From: Tubulanus polymorphus
Lineage: Eukaryota; Animalia; Nemertea
Length of the DNA stretch: 64,000 nucleotides
Direction: 5' to 3'
NCBI RefSeq assembly: GCF_964204645.1
Contig: NC_134025.1
Location: forward strand, 21,804,299-21,868,298
Part shown: in pieces, positions 43,101-57,048 of the stretch
How the letters are laid out: every line of letters starts with the position of its first letter
Position numbering within the stretch: the first letter of the stretch is position 1
Notes under the pieces: model-generated
Database searches by the model: none
Seen by the model: the letters and a program-made list of their open reading frames with translations, nothing else
Told to the model about the DNA's origin: nothing
Made by a program: the position numbers and the translations under genes

Positions 43101-46100
43101 TATACATTTTCATGAGTTACGATATCCGTGAATCTACGGAATGATAAGATGCTCTTATTGCGTAAGACGAACAATACCGAGTATCGAGAAGCCATGCGTT
43201 AAAGAGTAAATCAAAATTCAAATATTCAAACGAAACAATATCGCGTCCGAAAAAAAATGAAAAGAAAGCAATCACTTGATTGAGTCATGAAATATTCATC
43301 GCTCACAAGAGGCCGCGTTAACGCGTGCATGCGCTCCGCGATTTAGAGAAAGTGGTGAAATTTTACACTTTGATCGTTATGAATCATCATCGATACAATA
43401 TTTGCTCTTCTTTATCGAAGTGGGTCCGGGTACATGCACCGCAAAGCGGTGTACACAGGTGCTCTTCAAACGGCACTCAGCCGAGCGTAAAAAACACGCC
43501 GGGGGAACAGGTAGAAAAGTTACGCGATCGATTGACGGTGGAGGTGGACTTTAGCGTTGTAATACTCGGCTATATCATCGCAGGAACAGATTGGCGAATC
43601 GAGAGCAATTTCTCCGGTTTCCTTCGCCGTATGAGCAACGCTTCGCGGGAGGGAAAGAAATTCGTACAACTCGTCTACAATTTCTATCGGGAGTAAATAC
43701 CAGAAACGTTTTCGCTCCGCGCGAGGCCACAAACGATCTTCCGTTTCGATTACTCAGTGACTCTAGTTAAAACCGTGATTTTCCGGGCGAGTTGAGTGCC
43801 TTTCTATACGGACGGATCCGAGGAGTTCGTAAAAGCAACAAACTACTTCCTCCGATACCACCCAGGTGAAATCTTCAGATTTAAAATCTCCATCAGCCTG
43901 ATGCAGTTCAACGATCCGTACATGAAGGTGGTTTTCGCGGAAAAATTTCCCCGCGATTACCGTAACAACAATCAAAATACGTACCTTTCATTTGGAAAAA
44001 GTTCAGCGATTCGATGGCGTGTAGCGCGCCGCTGTTATCTAAAGTCCAGTCGAATTCGGCGGGCACCCTCGGCTCGAGTTCCATTTCTTTGTTGAACGTT
44101 TGGTCCGTGCTCGATACTCGATTAATCAAACAATTAGACACCTAGAAAGCGAAGCGAATCGAATGTCAAAAATCAAGTAGTCAATTTTTTCTACGTTTCA
44201 ATTAGAATCGAATCAGATTTTCACTAAAGTAAGTTTATCAACTATTGTATTCTGTCACATCAGTAAAATCCCTGATTTATAAATAGTTTAAGCATAAGAT
44301 GCTTTAGCTTTTAATATCATAGATATTCCAAATATGAGGGAATATGATTTCTCATGAAACTGGACCCGGGATGAAGGTGTCGTGTCCACAGTGTCCTCAT
44401 TAATAAAGAAACAGTGTTCAACCTCTAGATCTAACGCAACTAGCGCATACAAAACATAATGAACAACGATATTCATGCGACTTTCTCTTAGTAATACCCC
44501 CCCCCCCGCAGTGAATAAAAAGAAACTCGATTATCGATTGTTGTGGCGGGATCAATTATAGAGAGGTCTGTACGCAACCGTAATTTCTCAGGAATTCACA
44601 TGCGCTTTCTCTTTTCTCGACGACAAACCCGTCATCATCGACGAAGACGAAGAATTCTTTTGATGCGTATCAGACGCCAAAAAAAAAAACACATGAAAGC
44701 CGATGTAAATGATAGAAAATGGCTTTCCGTCGTCGAATTGAGATAATGCCACCGCCGCCGCAGAGAAAATTACACGCACGCTACACGCGTCATCCCTTTA
44801 CCTGTAAAAACGCCGTGGGATCTTGTTCTTTGAGTACTTCGATGCTGAACTGTAGCAGACCGGTCGTACGCTGCAGTTTACCCGTACAGTGCGACACCTG
44901 CTCTTTGAGGTTGTAGATTTTCTGATCGCGCTCTTTGCGTATGGAGTCGAGTAGATGTTGCTTTCGTCGTTTGACGGCTTCGATGAGGGCGTCGCACTGC
45001 GTGACCACCTGAGCTTCGAACTCCTTACGGTTTGTCTGCGCGGAAGAAAAGATGAAATACATGAAAATAACGATTCAGAATCGAAGCAAAGTCAGCATTT
45101 TCACAAACTATGTTCACACATTTTCATACATTTTGTTCATACATGTACCACTACAATACAATTCAATTCAATTCAAATTTATTCATCATAAAATTTTAAG
45201 ATTGTGGATGATGATAAAAAAGAATTTCCTATGACGTGTAATTCTTAGGGCCTAGCAACTTGTTAAAGACATTGGTCGCAGATATGGAGACACTGGATTG
45301 GCAAATGCGAAGGATAAGAAACTCTAATCAGATTCTCGAGCAGGTGTTTTTGAGTGTTCTCTGTGATACATTCCAACGAATCCTATCCTTAGAATCTGAT
45401 TAAAACCCGAGCTACCTATCTCCTGTTAGTCGATGGCTCTGATTTCTGAAACTATGGTCTAGCATCAGCCTTAGATCAACGTGATTCTAATTCAAAACAT
45501 AGGCATCTATCTCCTCTGAGACTCTAGACATTGATACGGATTCCGTAGCCGCGATCACACGAGCATTTATGGCCACTAAATGTATTTATGCATGCATTTA
45601 TCATTGGAACAACTGTTTGGCCCGGGCCAAATGTGGCCTGACCAAAAACGTCAGACCAGGCCAGAGCCAAATTTCAGCACGGGTCAAATTATTGTGAGTG
45701 TATTGCAACTGGTTCTGGAAGTGCCTCACATCACTTTGTTTAAGCATTTTTTGGTATCCAGTGAGTGGTTTGCTTGTGAATGCACTCTCTAATTAGGCAC
45801 GGGCCAAATTAGACTCGGGCCTGATCCTGCCGATGTTGGCCCGGGCTGAATTGTCTCGAAGCGACACTGTGGCTATTGTATTTCTTCATTTGAGTAAAAG
45901 TGCCTGCGATCCCGCGATTTCTGAACAAATTCCGAGACAGGCAACATCGTTCCCAGGACACTAACTGTTATTTTTCAGTCGACTTAACAAGCTTCATAAT
46001 TTGCGAAACAAAGATCGCTTTGTTGTTTGTATAAACAATCGATGTAATCATCTCCAGATCCAATGTAAATATGGCATTTGCTTGTATGTTATTGGTCATA

Positions 46101-49100
46101 TGAAATAATGTTATGCAATTAATTCCTAGTATTTTCTCAGCAACGGCTGGTTAATATTATTAGTGTAGTACATGATATAAGCATATTATTGAAATGAAAG
46201 CTCCGAAATGAAAGGGATGATGTTTCACAGCTGTTTAGTCTCTGAATCTTTAAATTTTTATCGGCTTTTTAAGTGAACACTTAAGTGTGCGATTGAACGG
46301 GAAGCATCCAGAAGAGAAATGAAAATAACATTTCACGTATTTATCTTTGAAATTTATGTTTACAGTACAGAGATTGCAACCGGAATAAATTGCCTAGACG
46401 TGCAAAGAGGCAGACGTGACATGACCATTCTTAAAACAAAATCGCAAATGATTGGATCTTATCTTAGTGCGACCTGAGTTTGGCATTAGTGCGACCCAAG
46501 TCAGGCTTTAACTGCTATATCAAAATCATGTAATATCTGTTAGTGCAAGCAAAAATACATCCTCTTTATGTATTTTTGGTGCAAGGAATACAGAAATAAT
46601 GTCAAAAATAATAGTTATGTACATCCATAATCGCATATATCTAGTCAAAGTGAGGGCCTTAAGTCAATTGCAGAGAGGATTCATAGGATAACAACCCATT
46701 TTCATCGATGATGCGTTGTTTATTTCGGCGGATCATCCTCGGTTTCTTCAACGACGCCGCTCCGCTCGATGCTGACTAACGACGACCAATAAACAGTTCG
46801 GGGACGGCTGTCACGATGCCGATGCGTCTGCTTTTAAATAGCTATCGGCGACGCTCTCACGTTTACAGACGCATAATCGTCGCCATTCACGGTCAATAGA
46901 TTTGTGGTAAATCTACATTAGATTGAAGCCAATCGACGACGGGGAATTTCAATAAATCCCCCGGGTACGACGTCGACAGTCGACGCGGCGCATCGTCCGA
47001 CGACGACGATACGGAATACGTTCGAAAAGACGTCGAGCTCTTAAAATCCGAAGCGCCGGTCGGATAAACGCGCGTGGATTGTCTAATCCCCAAGCGTTCG
47101 GTAAATATTTAGCCGGCGCGAGCGTAGGCAGCCAAATGGCTCCAGTCGACGACGCCGCCGATGACAGCGGCGGCGCGCGCTCGCTTAATCAGAAAGACGA
47201 GTCAAGTTGTCGGAGACGCTCAATTTACTAGAGACAATAGCGTGCAGCGTAATCGCTACGATCGCCGAATCCCCCGGTGGCAATCTATCCGAGGTATCGT
47301 CTAAACGTGAGTTACTATACTGCTATAAAAAAAGAGAACGCGCTCTCGCACGCGAAATTATGCAGCGCGCACATCCTTCCCGCTCGTATTGTCGTCGTTG
47401 CGAAATCACGGGCAATTACCACCTTGAAATAGAATTCCGCATAAAACAATCAGTAGCCCCCGAAGCCTAATGGCGCCAGTGATTAATCGTTGATTTATGG
47501 AGTCTACGCGGGGCTCTCGATGATTCAATCCCAGGAGAGTGCGAGGAGTCCTCAGAAAGCGACTATTAGAATAGTAGAGACAGAAAGGTCAGTTGTTAGA
47601 AGGCAACTTAAAGGGGCTCTTCTTAATCAAACTGGCAAAATGCTGTGAAGTTTGATTTGGTAACAGTTGGCCTAGTGTAAATGCACACCTTTTAGAACTT
47701 TGGCCATGACTTGGCCGAGCCGTTTCAGCCCACAAAAACTCAAAGTGCGCACTGAAGTGGTAGAAGTGGTAACAGTTGATCCAACAGTTGCTAACAGTTG
47801 AATGAATCTGTTTGGTCAAATCAATTTGGTTGGTCAAATCAATGTGGTATGACCAAAAGTGAAAATATCAGTGCTGGGATTGAGAATAAACTGTATGGTC
47901 CTATTTGGACAATAATTGCTTATTTTTATCCTAGTTTGTTGTTAGTTGTGGCAAGTTCCATGACGGTCTGAACCTCTCAAAAACAGTTCAGACCAATCTA
48001 GCCTTTACCTTGGTCCATACCCACAAGTTAAATGTACATAATATGGACGTTGCTAAAGAGTGGAGTCATGTTAGAATACAGACATCGAACGGGCGCTAGT
48101 ATTGTTTTTTGTCGTTTCCTGATTGGAAGCTTTGACAATCGCAAATTTGAAATCATGTAATTCGATCCGATTGAACGGAAATTATGGAAATTGCTGCGGA
48201 AGAGGTAATCCGTAGAACAACATACCCATTGTTCGTATCACCAGATTAGGGCTGGTGGAAGCAATTTGGGATTGGTGGTACGACCTGACTTTTCAAAAGG
48301 CCCGAGGTGTCATCAGCAAACTTTGAAAGTTCGGCGTGGGAGGGTCTGGGGGATCTCCCCCATAAAAGTCTTTTTAGACAAGTTGCTTATGGATGCGTGC
48401 ATTTTCCTGGCATAAGAACTGCCGAAGTTAAGCACACATTTCTAAATCGATAATCACAAATTTGGGTGGAATTGATTTGGCTAACAAACTCAATCATTAT
48501 TGGTCCGACCAAGGATGGCAGGTCAAGTTGAAGTTGAAGTTGAAGTTCAAATTGATTTCACGGTAAGCAAATGACAGGTTATACAGAGAGTGAGAGAAAA
48601 AAAACAAACAATGTAATTCACAATTTTTCAACGAGCACAATTATAAAAAGAGAGAAAGAAAGTAGCTTTCTGTGTGGCCCAAGCAAAGCCTGTACACTGA
48701 ATATGTCACACCTGCTCCGCCCAGGGGGGGGGCCCAGAGATTGCAGTCAAAGAGCTTATACATTTTCAAGGAGAATACCATTATGAGGAATCCATCATTC
48801 AGCGCCTTTCACCTCAATACGCATAACAACATAATACTTAAAGCCCTTTGTATCTTTTTCATAATAACTGATGAAGTAATATTGACACGAGAGAGTTTTC
48901 GCCCCATTCTAGCCCATGTACACATCTGACGCATAACCGTTATGATAATTGACCATTGAAACATATTCTTATGAGATATAAATGATGCACGTGCTGCGCG
49001 CACGGGTTCGAACAGAAACTTCAATGAATCACACGCAGTAAATCTACTTGAGATTCATTGTCCCGAAGAAATGGACTATAAATTGTATGTCGAATCGCGG

Positions 49101-51938
49101 GGTGACACAAGGATAGAAATACATTTATCATGTTCTACTGCTGGTAAGGGCTTTCGAGCCGGCGATGTCCAGATGGTTGAGTAGACCAGACAACAATTCG
49201 GTATTCGTGTCACAGCATGGGATTACACCGCATGACAATACTCATATGTACTACTTCTCACGATGCCGAACAATGCCACGCTGTGAATGTTGGTTTTTTT
49301 GCTATTCGTAGGAACAATGCGTTTAACTCAGATTTTCCAGGACTTGCTATACTCTGGATTATCGTGATAAAACTGAGGCCTGCAGACGACTTTTAGTGTC
49401 ATTAGTCATGACGCAATTACTAATGAAACTTTATAAAGATTTTCAATCATTTATGTTCGATCTCCGGCCCTGGCTCTTATATTCCATTGGTAATCGAATC
49501 AGCATTACAATTAGGGTTTAAGTAGTTAGTTTGAGAATCAAACCCCTCTTCCATAAAACTGGCCAGTCATACCTTTCAAACTTTTCAACGAATCTTGGAA
49601 TTGAATGCTTACAGTGAGGCCCGTGCCAAGCTTTTTGAGGGGCAGTTCTATTTCAAGAAAAAGGGCACTTTTTACCACGAAAAGGGGCACTTTCCTGTTG
49701 AAAAAGGACAGATCTTTAATACGAAGTGCCCGGGTACCTGAATGAATCATTTGAGAATGGACAATTTTCAATTTCCATTAAAAAAACATGAAAATTGAAT
49801 CTCACTTTCGATAAAATCATGACCCAAATTAGTTGAAGCTGACTTTTTTAGGGGCACTTTGAAAATTTTAGGGGGTCCATTCTCTTTCCCCGAACCCCCC
49901 CCCCTCGGCGCAGGCCTTAGAGCAACGTGTACTGTGGTTCAGAGTCATTCTATCTGAGATGTAAAAAGATTTCAGGTCCCAAATCAGCAGTGAAAAGTTT
50001 ACTGTATTTTTGCCATGTCATCAACAATGCATTTGGAGGCATTCGGGGATATTCAAATCGCACACAGGGCTCTTGACCCCAGACCCGACGAGACCAATAC
50101 CGCGATCCATGATAATAGAATGGATATAGCATAATAATCCATCGAGAATTCCACCAGGAAAAGGACTAATTACGAGGTACACACCTGCCTATCTGAATAA
50201 CAGTAGATCCACGGCGACTCAAAGTCTAGACTCATATCTCATCGAGAGGCTCATTTCTCATAAAAATGCAAATATAATCCCAGCGATAATCAACTAAATC
50301 GATGATGCAGGACTGGAATCTAACTGGGATCTTTCATCGAGAAATAAATAATCGCAAAATTTCATATTTGAAATTTTATATCAGAAATAATATTTGATCG
50401 GTTACACTACGCGGCCGCTGCTATACTGCTGGCCTATATCAAAAGCCGAATGAACTTTCAACAAACCTACCCCTAATGAATTTACGAGTAATTAGATTTT
50501 TCAACGCTCGAATCGTGAATAGCACGCCGAATTCAATTTCGCTGAAGGGTCATAGCGTTTAGATTGAATCGCTGATATTTTTCAGAGCGCGTCTATCTCG
50601 CAGTTAGACGTATATGATGGATTCCTCGTAGAGAGCGAACGAGAATTGGCAGATAAGCCATTTCGATAAGGTCGCCGCGCGTTTTCGAGAAATCGCGCAA
50701 TTTATAAAGCGATCTTTTATGAATCAGCGACGGCACGGACTATTGTCTTTTTGACAGGCGACTTATATTTACGAGCCTCCCGTTCAGTATTAGGTCATGC
50801 AATAAAACAGAGAGATTCACATGAACTGTCTTCACCGGGTTGACATTGATAGATAAGTCAGATATTAGAAAGACTAACTGGATTTATGCTGTGAACACTA
50901 GAGCCGCGGACACACGGAGATGAATTGGCATGGGCAAAAATTAGCCCAGATCAGGCCCCGAGTCAAATTTGGCGCATGCCTAATTAGACAGCGCGTTCAC
51001 ACATAAAACACTCGATACTGAACAATGCTTAAAAACGAAACAAGAACATTGTCATTCACACGCAATAATTTGTTGAATAATTTGACGCCCGCTAAAATTT
51101 GGCATTTTGGTCGGCTGCATTCTTGGGCTAATCAGGCAGGGTTTCGGGCTGTGGTAATCTCGATGCAATCAGATTCAAATCCCTCCTGATTGAGGATGCA
51201 GTGTTTGTAGCTAATTCATGTCTGGATATCATTAGATGGTTTCATAGTGCATAGTGTATAGCCTTAAGCCTTAATACTTTTTGGTTGGAGAATGTGGAAA
51301 GGTGTAATAATTCATAATGATGAACACAAGGAATAGAGGGTCCGCCACTGCTGAATAGGGCTTTCTTTGAAGCAGCCAGGAAGCCCTAATTTACCTAAAT
51401 AGTCAGAAGGACACAAAATAAAAATATATCACAAAACTCGGTTCCACAGTCAAGAGTTGAATTTGATTCTAAATGGTTTTAAGGCAATTGAAACTGAGGA
51501 TAAAATGTATGTAGAATTTGTCATCAGTTGACATGATGAAGGCAAACATATTCATGATATCATATGCCGCATTCACTTCGGAGTTTGCTTCGTGTTACTT
51601 TAGGGAGACAGCTCTGTGCAAGTCTCCCCTCTTTGCAAAAAGGTCAATAGTTCGCTCCCCTTCTGCAGTATCTATCTTAACCACCTGAGCCCTGACTGGT
51701 TAGCCCCGAGGCAAAAAAGAACATCGAACTGATGATCACAAGAGTGGTTGATACAACGCGCCGAAGTGGTGGCTTTGAAGTTGAACGAAAATACAACGTG
51801 CTGGTAGGATATCTCCTCGTCATCACTGTTATTAAGTCTTACCTGCACGCGTTCCGTCATGCCCTTTAATCTCTGAATGAATTCGGTTCCAGATCTGGCT
51901 TTTTCCGATAAAGTTTGAAGTATCTGCGACAACTCGGC
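25179..51938 (-). CDS. TRIM9: E3 ubiquitin ligase TRIM9/TRIM67 ortholog (MADD-2/Asap class), 5'-partial: coiled-coil, COS, FN3, SPRY
   Basis: Exons 51938-51843, 45035-44802, 44141-43985, 28168-28029, 27360-27222, 26429-26205, 25480-25179 join in frame. Motifs [89 protein letters not shown]. The RING/B-box exon was not found and presumably lies beyond 64000. Confidence 0.95.
25540..25837 (-). mobile_element. tRNA-derived SINE
   Basis: The minus strand starts GTCAGTGGCCAAGTGGTTTAAG (A-box-like), then a degenerate B-box GGTTC, then a CTTGAGGCACTTTATCC segment typical of SINE central domains. The 3' boundary is approximate. Confidence 0.5.
28522..28632. mobile_element. PIF/Harbinger-like MITE
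   Basis: TIR GGCCCAATTTCAC / GTGAAACTGGGCC with a CAG duplication. Confidence 0.65.
32219..32560. mobile_element. Mutator-like fold-back MITE (near-complete palindrome)
   Basis: Arms of ~160 bp, CATCCTTGCTTGCCAGGGTTTG.../...AAACCCTGGCAAGCAAGGAGG, with 9-bp TSD ACAGAACCC at 32210-32218 and 32561-32569. Confidence 0.82.
35000..35043 (+). ncRNA. Minimal type I hammerhead ribozyme (Penelope-like element type)
   Basis: TATTT-CTGAAGA-T-GACTG(ttagaata)TGGTC-GAAA-CGTC-GAATA: conserved core, stem II, palindromic ACGT stem III, GUC cleavage triplet and a 5-bp stem I. AATAAA starts within the 3' strand of stem I. Confidence 0.72.
35483..35661. mobile_element. MITE family B copy
   Basis: TGATACCTTGTTTCTC...GAGAAACGAGGTATCA; shares internal ATCAGTTCATTTCTATAGCTGCCGG with 2535-2727. 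Confidence 0.75.
36198..36480 (+). mobile_element. piggyBac-type MITE family A
   Basis: TTAA-CTCTTTCAGTGC...GCACTGAAGGGG-TTCA. Confidence 0.8.
42527..42792 (+). mobile_element. Harbinger-like MITE family D, most complete copy
   Basis: TIR GCCGCGATCA / TGATCGCGGC with TTA/TTT flanks. Further copies at ~30863-31100, 37208-37490, 41900-42170, 45546-45850, 50900-51030 (inverted) and 52880-52960. Confidence 0.75.
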
Positions 51939-54900
51939 CTGTAAAGATTAAAGAACATTCGTACATTACACTAAATCCGATTATCATTATCTATATACGG
52001 AGGTTGGATCGAAAACCGCTACATATGTTATACCGGGTATATCGCGAAGGACCGAAGTCCCGAAGGACCCAGAAAATTTCGAAAAAAAAACATTTATCAT
52101 TACTTAGATCACTCTAGAATATTGACTAATTCAACAGAGGTGGCTGGCCCCTGAACTCACATCATGTGGTTTTGGCATTCAATGCATTTTCTAATCCAAT
52201 TCAAAGACGGACATTTTTGATGTCTGTCTGGCTTTCAGCTAATAAGCTTCATTAATAGTTGGTCGATCTTGATAAAACGTGGGTACAATGTTAGTACGGG
52301 GGTCTAGTCGAGTAGTGCAAAATGGACTGAGCACGCCACCTAGTGGCAGAAACATAAAGGGGTCGAAATTTAAAAAGTTGTCTCTACAAAATTTAGCTAT
52401 TGACCCGATACAACATCCAAAATGCAATGGGAACAAACGCATGTGAATTTCAGAGTTCGAGCCCGAGAACCGTTGTCGCCTAAGGCTCGTTCTATCACCC
52501 TTTAAACAAAGATATAGATTCGTTTCTCGTATCATTTTTCATAATCCCGGTGGGAGCGTAACAGCTGAGTTCGCTAACTCGACAAATCGCTCGAACTCCC
52601 TGATAATCTGTGTCAACTATCATTGAACTAATTATACAGCAGCCTATCTTGTTTGCATCGTTTTTATCACTTAATACTAGATGCTCACTTCGGATTCAAC
52701 AACATATTCTTATTATCGCATGTTACTGATTCTCCAGAGCTTATCTGGTCCGTTTTATGTTGGAATATACATAGGCCTAATTATTTTGTTGTAATTCGCA
52801 TGCATGTTGATAAGGGCCCCCCCCCCTCCGTAAATCGATCATTCCATAACAAATTGACTACTTCTGAACACAAAACTGATAGCATTTTTGGCCCTGGCCA
52901 AATTGGACCCGGAACAACTGTTCACACAGGTGCCAAATGGGCCTGTGCCTGTTTGGCCCGGGTTAAAATCGTCTATCATCTGTTATCGCTGCATCTGAAA
53001 TGTCGTTCCATTTTGGTCTGGTTATTCAATTCATCTATCCAAGAATTTGGAATTTTTTTGTGCCGTGGCAGTCTCAGGATGCCATCGCATTTGAATCCCA
53101 ACTGACGGAGGAAGCAGCATCATAGCATAAACCCCAAACCTGACTGGGTGCACAGTTCAACATCATCATTTCCCAATCAAAAGTTTATGTTACATTTTAT
53201 CAATTACATCCATGGTAAAGCAATTAATAAGCCACATGAAACCATGGACTCACTACAGAGGTGAACATTTCTATACAAAATGCATGAATAGTTGAGGCCT
53301 GGTCTAGTGTGCAAAGAGTTTATCACAGCAGCTTCTATTCCAATGCAATTGCAAAGGCTGTATTAGCAGCACGGAGCAAAAATTACTGAGCGTTAGTTGT
53401 AATGGTATCAAGAAGTCCTAATGAGTTTTAGTGTTCAGAAAGTCATTAGTTCAGTATTCTCGGTATAATCATCAATCCGGCTATTACTAGTGAGAAGTTT
53501 CGAGATATCAAACAGATGTCTTCTGAATGGGCTTTTACAAGTATATAGCCTACTACAATACAGACTTATATATACATTACAATAATGAAATACGAGATGA
53601 TTGAGTTGATTTTCAAAATGACCACGGACCTAGTGTGGTTTCAACATGAAATAGAAGAGTATAAGGGCTTTGATAAAAAAATGGCCAACTTCACTAAGCC
53701 CACTGGAATAATAATAATATTAATTTCGCCATGTACATACGCAGTATAAATGATATAGAGATTATAAACAATTTACACACATACGAGGCTGGATGCTTGG
53801 AAAGCCAGTGGAGGCTGTGTAATTAACTTCACCTCGGTGACTGTTGGTGATTGCAACTTAATCTTAAGCTGACTGGGCTGATTGCTCAACAGTTAACCAG
53901 TATTTACCCTTGTAAAAATGCGGTTTTAATTGCCACTTTGTCATTGATCCTTATAAGTTAACTTTTTTTTAAAAGTTAACTTTTGAGTTAAGGCTGTGTT
54001 TGGCTCATACAGAAAGCTACTTTCCTTTCTCTCTTCTTATAATTGTGCTTGTTTAAAAAATTGCTAATTATATTTTTTTCATTTTTCCCTTTCCTTTAAT
54101 CTCTGTGTATAGCCTTTCATGCTTTCTGTGACATAAATTTGAACTTGAACTTGAGCAACCGCGCCTACCGTCTTAAGTTGTTGAGTTGGCTATAGAGAAA
54201 CTAAATGAGCTACAATCCGAGCCGATGATATCCATATCATGCAACTGGCCACATGGATGGGTTCAAAAATAAGTATACCAGTAGAACAATTGATGCGATA
54301 AGATAGGCGTTAGCACCTTCTCATTGAAGTCATTCTGCTATGAGTCAGCCCTCTGGTCCATTTGAACCGCATAATAGCTGAAAGAAGGGTCGATTCACTG
54401 GAGAAATGATGATGCTCGGCGCACTTCATACCTCACCTTATCGTCTGTGTCTCTATCGGCGTCAATGTTTTACACCTTTATCTCGTTCGACGGCGCCAAA
54501 GTGATTCATTTTACGCGGATATTTATACTAATATTTAATAGATAAGTCGTAGTCGGCGGTGGTTATTTCTCCATCAATGAACTCACTCATCATCTGAACC
54601 ATTTAAACCAGGCCCGGGTTTTATAGATATGGAAGAAAAATTGTCCCTGGGAACATTTTAAAATTTGCTAGTTATGGTGGTTGTCACCCAGATTGAGGAT
54701 TCATTCCTAGAGATAACTTTGATACTCAGTCTATGAAACCGTAAAACCGGACCCTGGCGTTTCACTTCTAGGTTACCTATACAATCGGTCAGCATCAGAA
54801 GCAAACTGATTGACAATTGATTTGACGACAATGTCTAGTGGCGTTTAGCGACTGCAGTGGTGGCAATAATTTAATGAATGACGCTTTTTTCTTTGAATCA

Positions 54901-57048
54901 ACCATGCTTTCGAAGAAATTGAAGTAAATTTGCAGCAGTTAAATATACATGAACCTCTCAAAATCGGCAATTAGCCGTGGCAATCAAAAATTGCTTCCAA
55001 CATGCCGGTCATGCATGTCAATTGCTTTTAGGAGGTACAATTTCAATCTGTTCTTCTTCATTTACTGAAGAATTTGTGTATCTTGTTCTTACACTCTAGA
55101 TCCTTAATCCAATTGAAACTAAGATTGTCCTAACCCTTATTCACCGCGACTCATAAACCCCATTACATACCCTCACCCTTCATGTGCCCAGTAAGGTTCA
55201 TCTTCCTGATATGCCTTATGGGAACAATTCGTTTCACCACTGGCCTGTTGTCGTACTGCAACTGAGTTTACTGTGCAGGTTAAATCAACTATGAGTGCAC
55301 CCAAACCCCACCAAAACCCTTATCCGTGTATGGGTAATATGTGAAGGATACCAGTCAGTTACGGAAGCTAAGCCTTGGTATCATGATCGTGTATCAAGTT
55401 TGAAGTCACCTGTCTGTCAATTGAAGAAATTCTAGTAACGATGTTTTTTTCTGGGAATGAATCATTCTACGCTCCATTGTCGCGTACCTGTATCTGAATA
55501 GCGCGCTTCGATAATTTCAGAAGATTCTTACTCGAATTGAGCGTTGTCTTTGGTTCTTCGGCGCAAAATAGATATTCTTCATTGCGACAGATTTTACCCT
55601 CATTACAAAATGAATAACGGGCTGATTTCTCTGTCATATGCCGCGTGTCGTTTATACAATAATATAAGGACCCTGTTGCACCAGGTTTCTAACTTGATGT
55701 GGCTGACAATAGGATAACTCATCAAAATTTAGTTCATTTGCAATTAACATTCATCCATATTTTTAGCCACCCACATATAACATAAGGAAAATCGTATCTC
55801 TTGATAAACTCAGATTGATCTTTAAGGTTCATAAATAGCACGGTTTTTATTTCAACATTTGCACAATTTGAGAAATTATGGATAGAATTCCGAATTTTAC
55901 AGGAGGTCTGTCATTGTTGTCTCTGAATATTAGCGAACCAGGTAGATCCTTCCTTGCTCGGAGGTCAAAGTTGACGGCAGAGTCAAGGATGCATCCAAGG
56001 GGAGGATGCAGGGGGTGCGTACCCCTTCCCCCAAAATGTGTAAAGTTGCCCCGAAATTTTACAGCAAAACGAATACATTAAACTGATACCTAAGTAGTAC
56101 TCAATATTTCCTGAATTGTCTACATTTTTTCCGATTAGCTTTCCTTTGGGTTCCCTTTTAAAAATATGATATGCTCTGTGCACCCCTTCCTGAATCAGAC
56201 CCTAGACCCGGAAATCATCATTTCACTGAGGCAGAAGAGTCAGTTTCAGATAACACTGACGAGCAGAGCACATAAGTGTGCGTATGACAATAGAACTAGC
56301 CGATGATGAAATATAACCGAGAACGCCGAGAAGCCAATTATTACGTAGCCCGAAGCTCCCGATATCGGTGGATCTTGCAGAGACTTTCTTCCGCCACCAC
56401 CTCCGTTCTCTCTCTCTCTCTCTCTCTTTCCCTCAGTTCTCTCTCAATCAGTCAGCCATACACACAACACACGCGGCGAGTAAAACAAATCTAATCATAC
56501 CCGATGTCAACGAACGCGACGACGACTGAGTCACTTGGTTACGATTCAATTTCAGTTGATCCGGCGAAAATTAAGGGTGTCACACCTTTCCGTCGTCGAC
56601 GTTAGAGGGAAGCGGCGTAGAAGATCGATCCGCGAAAGGTGAAAGCCTTACTTTGTATTTCATCACGCCCCAATCAGAAATACGTCATGCTACCCCTGCA
56701 TTATTATCATATACGAATTGGAAAGAAATTGTAGCAATATGCAGATCGGCAAGGAAAAAAATTGAAAGTCAATGAATGAGTAAGAGACCAGCGTGAGTTG
56801 CTTGCTGGATTCAGGCTTGATCAAAGATTGTTTACCTGAACCTGAAACGAAAATTTCTAATTATGTACTTCGATCTCAGGAATGGAGCTCAAATCTACAC
56901 TAAATCATCTGGACTTTACTTTTTATGATTCGGTTACCACGGCATTGTGTATACACGGGGTCTGTACTTCAGGTAGATTGATTTCAAATCAGACATCTAC
57001 ACTTAAGATCAAGACCATGATCTATTATACCCAGAATTGATGAATCTG

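Noticed and set aside
46861-47093. Possible alternative coding first exon of TRIM9 using the donor at 46860
   Set aside because: No ATG-initiated frame reaches the donor in the required phase 0.
52653-53105. 150-aa ORF
   Set aside because: Runs through a family D MITE fragment and has no coding signature.
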